Shown: positions 48,701-64,000 of the stretch, in pieces
Layout of the letters: the number at the start of each line of letters is the position of its first letter
Numbering within the stretch: position 1 is the stretch's first letter
Origin: Takakia lepidozioides
Taxonomy: Eukaryota; Plantae; Bryophyta
Assembly (NCBI GenBank): GCA_030704615.1
Contig: CM060731.1
Span: forward strand, 73,966,001-74,030,000
Reading direction: 5' to 3'
Length of the DNA: 64,000 nucleotides
Position numbers and translations under genes: made by a program
Notes under the pieces: model-generated
The model's database searches: none
The model's input: the letters and a program-made list of their open reading frames with translations, nothing else
Told to the model about the DNA's origin: nothing

Positions 48701-49406
48701 ACAGGCTAAGTCCTGGCAGAAGAGAGTAGAAGAGATTCTCAAGGACCTGGACCTGGATCCGCAAGTCTTGACCCTGCTGGATAAATCTGACTTAGAGGCT
48801 GTAGTGTCCAAAGCCATGTCTGTTGCCATGAGATTGTCTGATGAAAATGAAGTTCGGCAGAAAACTTCCCTGAACTTGTTTCCAGTCAGTGACATGGGGG
48901 AGGACATCTTGGATGACCTCAAGGGTCTACCCACTCTCGGCACTAGACTGAGATTTAAACTCAGGGCAGGAAGCCTACCTTTGAACAGCAAACAGAAGCA
49001 GAGAGGAAAGGGAGAGTGCAATTGCCCGTTGTGTGGGCAATCTGAAGACAGTATTCATTTTCTGATGCACTGTCCGGGGTTCTCTCACCAAAGAGACGCT
49101 CTCTTCAATTCTATCAAGGGAATTGTGCCTGTACCCCTGTTTACCAACTTTGAAAGTCTCGAGGCTGAGCCAAAAGCCCAGGCCCTCCTGAGGCCTAGTT
49201 TTTGGGCAAATCACACACAGCAGATTGATGCTTGTGTGAAGGGATTTCTAGAGGATACCTGGAAAACCCGGATTAATTCTTTATATGAAGGTAAGTCTTA
49301 CTACCAATGTCAGCCCCTGACAGAGGTAGGTTCTGTCCCTTTTGTTCCCGCTCAACCTGGGCGCGGGGTCAATGGCCACAAGGCTACGGCAAACAACGTC
49401 TTATGA
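45665..49406 (+). pseudogene. LINE ORF2: AP endonuclease, RT and C-terminal Zn finger
   Basis: EN: LATFN, GQETW, LLGDFNARVG, VDYII, SDH. RT: KAGGPDGI, NYRGITLL, QAGFR, LDVKKAYD, QG..LSPLLF, MFADD, YLG. Zn finger: CPLC...HFL..C. One TGA at 47840-47842 and small deletions near 48650-48680. Confidence 0.95.
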
Positions 49407-49442
49407 GTACATCTCTCTCTCTGTGCTTGTTCCATAAGCTAT

Positions 49443-50820
49443 TTGAGTGTTCCTGGACCAACGCAATCAGTACTCCTCTATGCTGATGATTTTGCCCTCT
49501 TGGAAATTCTCCCGTCTTCCTACAACGCCATCTTTGCATCTTGGAAGAGTTCTCCAAAGATTATGGGTTGCAGGTCAATCTTAGCAAAACTAAGATCATG
49601 GTTTTCAAAGGCCAGGCGGACCGCAGATTCATCTTCAACCAACAGGAGATTGAGATTGTCAAATCATACCAATACCTGGGTCTGGTTATCCACTCTCTCA
49701 AATTCCAGTTTGCATCGACTGCCCTGGAGATTGACAAAGGGCAAGGCTGCCTCCATCCGCCTTCAGGCCAAATGCAAACATATACATATGCACTACCCCC
49801 CAACCAAAAAGTGGCTAATTGACCCCGTTGTCACCCCGGCCGCCACTTATGGCTGTGAGTTCTGGGTACCTGGTGTCCCAGTTTCCTGGTGGGAAAAAAA
49901 TCTGGAACCGTTGCAGTCATCTTTTCTCCAAGCATTGCTTGGCGCCAGAGGCCCAACTCCATCTCACATCCTATGTGCAGAGTTTGCTCGTGTCCCACTT
50001 CAAACCGAGGCCCTCTTCCGGCTTACTGCAATCTTTCTTAAGAGGTTACAAGCCCTTCTTCCACCCAAGGGGCTCGTGGCAAGAGCCCTCGCAACATCTA
50101 TTAGGCTCCAAAACAGCAGGTTTCAAGCACTCCTGGTATTCTCGAATGTGAAACTTGTTTTTTTTTAGCACAATGGACTCTGAATTGCTTCGCTATTGCC
50201 ACAAAATCCAGAAAGGGTGGAAATTACATCCAAACAGGATCGCAAGAGACTCATTAGAAGAGAACTTATGGAACTACATGTCAGGAGAACTTGGAAGCTA
50301 CCCAATCTCACATCAAAACTCCATTGCTATCGAGAGACATTCTTGGTTCTCCGTGATGATAGAATCTTGCGGCCGGATTACCTTTCGGCGCCTTTATCTC
50401 CTGCCCTCCTGAGGGCATTAGGGTATTAGGACATTAGGGCAGTTCAGGGTGGGCTCCCAAAATCTACAGATGGGGAAACCTGCAATGGGAGGACGCCCAT
50501 GCCCAGCTTGCACCAGGCGCAACCAGGAAATGAACACTTTTATTGCCCTCTGTATTATGAGACCCGTGGGAGATCCCATATTCTATTCCGTGGGACTCAA
50601 TCTCTCACTGAAGTCTTCCATTATGTGGATCAGAAATACTTGGCAGCTTACCTGCACGAGGCCTTGACCCTTAGGCAATTGAGCAGTAGTTGCTTTTGGG
50701 CTACTTTTTGGGTGTGGTTTTGTCTCCTCTCTTGTTTTTTTCCATTTTGTCCCAAAGCTCTTTGAGCTTTCCGCGGATGTTATAAAGTACCATTTCATCT
50801 CATTTCATTTCATTTCATTT
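49443..50820 (+). mobile_element. 5'-truncated LINE of a second family with a (CATTT)n tail
   Basis: LLYADD, LQVNLSKTKIMVF, YQYLGL, TYGCEFW, EHF.CPLY; tail CATTTCATCTCATTTCATTTCATTTCATTT at 50791-50820. Confidence 0.88.
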
Positions 50821-53149
50821 CTTTCTGCACTCTTGTCCCATAAGCTCCTTTAGACAGAGCTGCATTTAGCCCCAGACTAGCATTTATTGAGAGGGTTCTT
50901 CCCCCTGCATCCTGGGACAGTCGACAAGCTTGGTTCTAGAAATGACCAGCATAGAAGTATGGGTGGAAGATGAAGAGGGGAGGTACTTGTTCATATTGTG
51001 ATGCCGCAGCGAGACCCAGGTGATCATCGATCAAAGTTGAAGGCCACCCTACGATTTATCTCTTCTTATAGTTTTCAGGTTGAGAGGGTATACTCCTCTG
51101 TCCAGCTGAATTGGATGTGACATCAAATAGAGAGCTGGAGATGTGTAAAGGATTTACAGCATGCAACCCCAAACAACGAAGAACCTGGCTGCAATGCCCG
51201 AACATCTGGGTCACCAGCTTTTAGCCGTGAACCGTTTACTGGTGATGACCATTAAGCTTTGAATTTTCTAGTATAACTAATTCTGGTCTGTTTTCAGACA
51301 TTTTAACAGTTGGGGTGGCTTAAAGCACATGAGCTGAGAAGCATAGATTCCTTTAGTACCGCTCGTGCCCAGATGCAGGGGATCACTCCCGGCATGACAA
51401 TGCCATACCAGCAAAGCGTCCATGCATCAGCAGACCACATATTTCTGGTCCTTAACATATCATGTCATAATTACAAGACCGAGGACTTTTCTATGGCATC
51501 ACTATTCCAGGAGATAGCATACTTGTATGAACATACACACCTCGGTCATGGGCGACATCCCTGGAACTCCAGAACCCCGATCCCCCCCGGAAGAAGTTGG
51601 TGGTGCATATGAGCATCATTGAGGTGGTCACCATCATCGAGTCTTCCTTGCATGTTATGCTGGCCAACATAACAATGAGTCGGAAATTGTCATTGAAGGC
51701 AGGAACAAGAGTGAAAGGTGACAGAAAGGTGAACAAGAGTGGAAGGTGATAGGCATCCTGTAGAGGTGAAAATGCACAATGTTCTACGGAGCACTGTAGT
51801 GAGTCTGCATATTTTTCGGGTCACACAGGCCTTTCCACCTTGATACACAATAACCCCTCTCTTTAAACCGCTGTAGCTTTCCATGACCTGGCGTAAGGGC
51901 TTTCCAATGGCACCAACCGCAAAATTATTGGTGTAGATGGCGATTCTCAAGGCCAAAGTTCTAGCATAGGGCCCTGCATATGCCTTGCCAGGGTGCTGGC
52001 GGGTACCTGTTGGGGGTCCCGCCCTCTGCACAGCCTACAATAAATGCGGTCCCACTGCCCCCGGGGATTGACCCCACCTTCAGGGCTGGCCCATGCTGAT
52101 AAGCCCTGAGAAACAAAGGGGCAGTGCAGAATTAGTGGGGAACTCCTTCCATGGAATGGTTTTCAATACAAAAATTGAGGAGGACCTTCCCAACTTCATT
52201 GACAACGTTGGGACCCCCGTCAGTTTTCCAAACAACCCACCAAATTATTAGCCATGATACACAGAAAGGTGTGAAGTGTAGGAAATGCAGTTCTGGACCC
52301 CCCTTCAGATCCTTACAAAGGTGATACACCAAAATCTTGTCCAAAAACTCTGAAAAAGTAGGAGAAGGTTGCCAATATCATGAGACATCCTGTACAATTT
52401 GGTTTCAATTGGCTTGGCTTTCTGTTTGAGTTTCAAAGAGATTGTTTTTCTTACTCTGCAGATGTTGCATAAACTGCTCATGCTCACAAAAATATCTTAA
52501 GATTTCAATTCCGATGGGAAAATGAATGAGAGCTTAGGTGAAGGAAGGGATGTAGATAGGATTGATTCGATGGTTAAGTTTTGTAAATGCTGAGCGGGTG
52601 TTTAGTTGTGAATGAGAAGGTGGCCAGAGGTGAAGATTTTGCAGTCAGAGGTGAAAAACGCTGTAGGCCTCTTTAGAGGGCTTTTCTGCTCTAGTTTTCT
52701 GCCGGTCCCTCTCTCAAAGCAACGGTGTGTACTAGGGTGAGCATGCAATGAGCGCAGTAGCTGAATTGCGGGATGATGGGCTGTGGTAGGTAGGAGCCAT
52801 CCTGCCGGATTCGTGCAGATAATCTTGCTGAACATAATTGTTGATTGTGAATGTGGACGGGCAAAAGAACGTTGTACAATGACAGCATACATATGTGGGG
52901 GATGGAGGCCGACATGATCATCGAGTACTTCCGCAGACAGCTTTAGACCAAGTCTCTGTCGACGGAAGAGTCTCCTTCAGCTGGAGAGCCGTGTTGAGTT
53001 CACACATCCAGCATGTTGCAGGCTTGCGTGTAGACGTGCTCAAGAGAGAGATAAAGAGGGAGAAAGATACAACAGAGTGGGCCGACTGATCATGCAAGAT
53101 TTGAGCTGGAGCTGGAGAACCTAATTCAAGGCGAGGACCGCGCGACAAG

Positions 53150-59038
<5,889 letters not shown>

Positions 59039-60220
59039 GAGACCCATACATGACAAATCGCATGCCTGGCGCAACGCAAAGAGTAGGCAGTGTCAAAACA
59101 TATGTGACAGACTATGCAAACAAAAGTGTGATATCCGCACTGTAAGGAAAGCAGCACCTTGGATTCTCAATTTTAGAGACCCACAAGGGCTTCGCATCAT
59201 TATATATTTCAGGGCTTCTGTCCCACTTAATATAGAATGTGGATAGGCGACCCCACCTCGTTCTTGGGCTTTGCGCTTTTCATCCATGTCTGACCTCTTA
59301 TCATTTGTCCCTTTGATTTCCCTCCCCACCTCCCACATTCCTCGCTGTGTTTCTCTCCTTCGTATTTCCCGTGTCGTTTTACGACGTCTCTATCTCTTAT
59401 TTGCGTCTCCATCTCCCTCAACCTCTTTCCAACTTGACTCTCAAGTCTTTCAAGCAAATTTTTTGAGAGATCTCATGTATCTCAGTTGACAGCTGGTCCA
59501 AGAGGAATTTTATAGGCGCGGCTGGTATGAGAGTCTGGCCTCTTGTCTTCCTCCCGTTTGGACTGCACTCTGGTTTGGAGCACTAGGGCTTCGCAGCTGC
59601 ATCCCGCTCCTCACCACAGCCTCCATGCCCGCCATAAATCCAAGTCCTGAGGCTGAGTTCTGGTGCAGCTAACTTGAGTTCCACTGATGCTCTTATCTTC
59701 TGTTGTAAGTCTGACCGAACTCTAGATCTTCAAGTTGGTTGAGAGAGGGAAGAGGAAGATTTGATGTTGGCCTGGCAATTCTTAAGAACGATAAAAGCTG
59801 TGCTGCAATGGACTAACTTATGCTTTCAATTGTTCTAGCGATTACAATTACAGCACCTGAGCACTTTGTAGTAATCCTACTGGGCTTTGAAGTCGCGCCC
59901 GGCTCTTCTAAGATCGTCGGTGCCCAAGACTTCCTGAGGGGTCCAGTCGTCATGATTAATGGCGAAGCTTGTGGGAGAAATTCATGCTCTGAATGTACCG
60001 GAGCTGTAACCACAAGTGCAACCAAATATTAACACGTCGGATATACACCAGTCTCTTTTTCTGGGAATTTGGCAGGGCGGCATGCGTTATGGCTGAACCG
60101 CACAAACAGCTCCAGTGTTAATGTTTCAGGAACCTGCCCCGATTGAGAACTCACAGAGTGACATTTGTGCGGCGTTGCAGAATTGGTCTGTGTGACTGGA
60201 ATCAGTGAAGGGGAGAAGCT

Positions 60221-61579
60221 ATGCAGTCCATGACAGTATGTCAGGGGAGCTTGGCCTCCAAGGTTGCTATTTTGCACGATGCAAGGTTTGTGTCTTCACA
60301 AGCCAGCAACCTGTCGGTGTCATTGTATGCTCAGGCAGGTTGTGGGCGCTTTCAGAGGGGCCGAGTTACATGTTTGTACGCCGACGAATTCCCAGTGGTA
60401 GATGAGAAGGTGAAATCACTGCAACCTTCGGAGTTGAATCTGCCTGTGCAATCTTTGGATATGCTGAGTGCCAAGGAGATTTCTGTGGATAAAGATGGAA
60501 ACGAAGCTTTAGCTTCGACAGTTCAGACCTTTGAAGATGTTAGCCCTGCCGAGGCAAAGGAGGCTTTAAAAGCAGCTAAGGAAAAATTTGGGCGAACGAC
60601 GGTTTCAAAGGCTTTGCAGGCCTCAAAGAAGAGGTTCGGGAAGGACGGTGTTGGAAAGCTTGCTTTGTATGGAGGGATAGCGACCTTAGGCCTGGTTCTC
60701 TCTGGCGCTGTTTTGACTTCTTTGGAGGTTCTCCCACTGGTTCCCGAGGCTATGCAGACAGTTGGAGTGGCCTACTCTGTTCTTGTCGCCAGTCGCATGT
60801 TGCAAGGAAAGCCTGTGAGTTTGACCCCAGAATCACCACTGAAGGCTGTCATTGAGCTGGTGGACAGTGGCAAACCGAACAAGGTTCAACGGACCAGCCT
60901 TGTGCTGCCTCAGGACTTGGACGAGGGGGTTGTGGCGGCTATGGAGAAACTGGCGAAGGAGCGGGATGCCGCTGTTAATCAGATGGAGGAGATGAGGAGG
61001 ACAACAGCAGAGTATGCACGCGTAGTGGCAGAGAAGGAGGCCCTGGAAGCTGTAGCCCTGCAGCTTGCGGAAGAGCGGGATGTCGCCATGACCGAAGTGA
61101 CAGCACTGAAGTCCGCCGTGGAGATGATGACCGACAGGATGAAGTCAATAGAGCAGATGCTGGAGAGGGAGGTAGGGCAGCTCAAATACCAAAACGAGGC
61201 CCTTGAGACGGTGGCCTTGCAGCTGGCCAAAGAAAGGGACTCTGCCATGGAGGAGATAGTAAACCTGCAGCAGGTGGTGGCATCAAAGGCCCGGTCAGAC
61301 AATGAAAAGCAGGCACTCGAGGAGGTGGCTGTTCAACTGGCACAGGAAAGAGACACGGCCCTCTCGGAGCTCGAGAAGCTGAAGCGGGTGCTGGGGAGTA
61401 TGAGGGCCGCAGGTGCCACAGCAGCAGGGTTAACACCAGAACAGGATCTCCTCATTGAGGCTAGGGTTCGGGACATTCGATCTCAGCTCCTTGATGGGCA
61501 AAGCCAGAAGGAGGAAGTAGACAAGTTGATTGCCCACCTTGTCGAGGAGTTTGTCGTACGCCGTCCAATTGGACCTTGA
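60221..61579 (+). CDS. CURT1/CAAD-domain protein with a long C-terminal coiled coil, probably plastid-targeted
   Basis: 452-aa uninterrupted ORF with a Ser/Ala-rich N-terminus. GGIATLGLVLSGAVLTSLEVLPLVPEAMQTVGVAYSVLVASRML fits the CAAD two-TM hairpin. Repeats of (E/Q)ALExVAxQLAxERDxA. Confidence 0.72.
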   Translation: MQSMTVCQGSLASKVAILHDARFVSSQASNLSVSLYAQAGCGRFQRGRVTCLYADEFPVVDEKVKSLQPSELNLPVQSLDMLSAKEISVDKDGNEALASTVQTFEDVSPAEAKEALKAAKEKFGRTTVSKALQASKKRFGKDGVGKLALYGGIATLGLVLSGAVLTSLEVLPLVPEAMQTVGVAYSVLVASRMLQGKPVSLTPESPLKAVIELVDSGKPNKVQRTSLVLPQDLDEGVVAAMEKLAKERDAAVNQMEEMRRTTAEYARVVAEKEALEAVALQLAEERDVAMTEVTALKSAVEMMTDRMKSIEQMLEREVGQLKYQNEALETVALQLAKERDSAMEEIVNLQQVVASKARSDNEKQALEEVAVQLAQERDTALSELEKLKRVLGSMRAAGATAAGLTPEQDLLIEARVRDIRSQLLDGQSQKEEVDKLIAHLVEEFVVRRPIGP

Positions 61580-63222
61580 ATTGCAAGAGAATGCCGGGTG
61601 CACATGTTTGCCACTTTTAAACACACTAGCGCACGCACAAATTCCTTTCAGATTGAAACTGGTCCCAGGTACTTACGGCTCAGAGATTTTCCCACACCTG
61701 GACCACACAAAAACCAGTGAGCTTTCTAGAACCTTAAATTGTACAGGTGATCATCCATACACATTCCAGGGCTATCTCTACAACACGTGCTTCCTAAAGA
61801 GTTTGTTTTCTGTTTTCATGTTCAAAGTATACCCATGACGGTGGATCATGTAATCTAGCAGCGTAGGTCTGGAAACCCAATTTCCCATTCCCCTGTTTAC
61901 TCATTATGTCCAAGATTCAGATCTCTATAAATGCTGGGCTGCCAAGGGGGCGTCGAGTATTCCATTTGCAGGGATGGAGGAAGTCGGGAATTGAATTCCT
62001 CAGTGGAGAAGTGAGCCTTGACGGCTCCGCCCTTGTCTGGCGGGTGTGCCCGAGTGTGATGTGCAAAATTGTGTAAGTTTATTTTTGAGTACCTCCTCCA
62101 AGAAGCTATAAGAAGATGAAACCTCTCTCTACTTTTCTCTGATGACCTGAATGAAAGGCCTTTTTGAATCTTGAACATTGTTTGTCTGCCATGTTTGGAT
62201 CCTCCCCTCATCTCTCATGTTTAATGCAAAGCTCTGCTGCATCAATCCATAGATCCTTTGATCAAGCTCTACCTCTCCTGGCTGCACTTCCAAAGAGTGA
62301 AATGTGAATCCAAGTGGCGGGGTCTCGTCCTTTCAATGGATCATCACCGTGTTACTGGCCCCCACCTCTGAGATTGTTGAAGCTTTTCTCAGCAATCCAG
62401 CGATCTACTGGGGACGTGATAATAGAGAGGGCCGGCGTGGGCTCAGCGACACAGCCGCCGACACACCCACATAGTCCAACGTATTATACCAGGTATTTTA
62501 AATACGTATACATAAATGGTATTTACTCTGTATTATACTAAAACATAAATAAGAATACATTGAGTATGTGTACGGGTAAGTAGTTACTGAATGTCGTTAG
62601 ACTTTTACTACTGGGAAAAGTAATAACTTGAGCACGGACCGCGCGTACAATGGAGCACCAAGTCGCGCAGATACATCACGTGACCGCACGGTGACCGCAC
62701 GGCAGCTGCTGCTGCACTTTATACCGCGCGTGCGGCAGCTTTAAAGATAGAGCACATGAATGTATGAATGAAATTTATTTCATCCATTCTTCCGTTCATT
62801 TATGCGACGTTTGATCCAATAATAATCAGTTTTAAATGAAGAAATAATTTGTGGGTATTTCTAGCCTGCCACTTTGGGCCTCAGAAAATTAAATTAAAAC
62901 AAATAAAAATAGAAACCCACAGGATTCACTGTTAAGGATGTATATAGGAAACATGACATGATTGTGACGACTAACTTTTAGCAGCTTTATGAGAAATGTG
63001 CCCAGGTATGTTACTTACAATCACTCACTTATTATACTCCAGTTTGTACAGGTGCAAAATTAACCATTTTGTTTAAAAGAAAGAAAAAAGAAAAAGGGAC
63101 CCTAGAAAAATAACTAAATTAAATTAAATTAAATCATGAGGTATGAAATTATTCAAAAAACAAAACAAAACAAAACAAAACATGTTGAAAATGAGAAAAC
63201 AAATGAGAAGAAAGGGAAAATT

Positions 63223-63484
63223 TCAGTAGCTCAGTTGGTTAGTGCACTGAGTGCCACCCAGATGATTCTGGGGTCAAATCCTGCTACTTGACGAGTGTGG
63301 TATACTCTCCCTGGGCGGTATCCCATTTCGGAGCCTTCACGGCACGGTTACTGTGAAAGAGGTTATTCCTCTCACTATCAAGGGGCCTGATTTGTAAGCT
63401 GTCGCGCCCCTTGAAATTCCAAATCTGCCACGTGAAGGGCCAGGTGTTTCCCTTTTGTTTTCAAAAAACAAAAACAAAAAAAAA
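63223..63484 (+). mobile_element. tRNA-derived SINE, copy 2
   Basis: A-box TAGCTCAGTTGG, B-box-like GGTCAAATCC, body homologous to 28579-28793, A-rich tail. Confidence 0.85.
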
Positions 63485-64000
63485 GCAGGATTTATTATGT
63501 GGGCAGGACGAAATCTGAGGGGGGGGCAGGTTTTAAATAACGGGGTCAGGGCAGTCCCTGCGCGCCAGGCTCATTTAAGATCGTCACCTTTCCTCACTCG
63601 TCTTCCTACATCTGGTTCGAACGTCTTGAGAGCTCGACGCTGCTACTATTCTTAGATTGTTGTCATATGCTCGAGTTTAAGGGCTTGTTGTCGAAACTGT
63701 TGACATGCCATGTCTTTCTCTTCAAGCAACTGATGCTGAGTGACGTCCGGGTATATCTTTGATGGTCGATGTCTGTCTGTCTGTCTCTCCCTTCACTTTC
63801 CGAGGTCTATTCGGCTTTCCCCCACAGCCGTGTCACTTTGTTGTCTCTGTAGAATCCCTCCATACTTACACTGAAGCTGGAAGCTTATCCATCTTGAAAA
63901 AAAACATACAGTACATGCTCTAATATATGTGCTAGAATCTGCTCAGCTGTCCTGCGTATCGTCTTATCCTCTTCGTTTTCAGTCTTGGAAGTCTCGATTT

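Larger units (their letters stand above)
44570..49411 (+). mobile_element. Near full-length APE-RT non-LTR retrotransposon (RTE-X/L2-like rather than L1), flanked by a 16-bp direct repeat
   Basis: TCTCTCTCTCTGTGCT at 44554-44569 and 49412-49427. Long ORF2 with only a short upstream ORF (44995-45300). Clade is inferred from motif style. Confidence 0.9.

Noticed and set aside
51690-52490. Possible decayed retroelement pol on the minus strand (KAKPIETKLYRMS)
   Set aside because: One weak motif, no catalytic residues and no termini.
63225-63290. tRNA gene
   Set aside because: A and B boxes are present but I could not build a proper acceptor stem or cloverleaf. It continues into a shared body and A tail, so it is called a SINE.

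Overview
Repeat-rich eukaryotic window from a land plant, judged by a 13-exon plant-type GH1 beta-glucosidase and a plastid CURT1-like gene. A non-seed plant is plausible but is inference only. The first ~50 kb is mostly nested transposons. (1) A decayed Ty3/gypsy LTR retrotransposon (~663-16763) whose pol carries a DNMT3-like C5-cytosine methyltransferase between protease and the mostly deleted RT, and a PHD finger at the integrase C-terminus. Its LTRs are permuted. This is the most interesting element in the window. (2) Inside it, a 6.6 kb DNA transposon (16-bp TIR, 8-bp TSD) that itself holds a solo LTR and broken LINE pieces. (3) A chromovirus with both LTRs, TSD and PBS (17970-23813, spanning a 500-N gap), plus three solo LTRs of the same family. 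(4) Two copies of a tRNA-derived SINE, an L1-like RT fragment and a CACTA-like end. (5) A head-to-tail array of five copies of one APE/RT LINE family, each joined at (CT)n-GTG. Host genes: a deleted GH1 pseudogene (39932-41387), an apparently intact GH1 gene (53150-59038) and an intronless CURT1/CAAD-like ORF with a long coiled-coil extension (60221-61579). All calls come from reading the sequence by eye; no searches were run.
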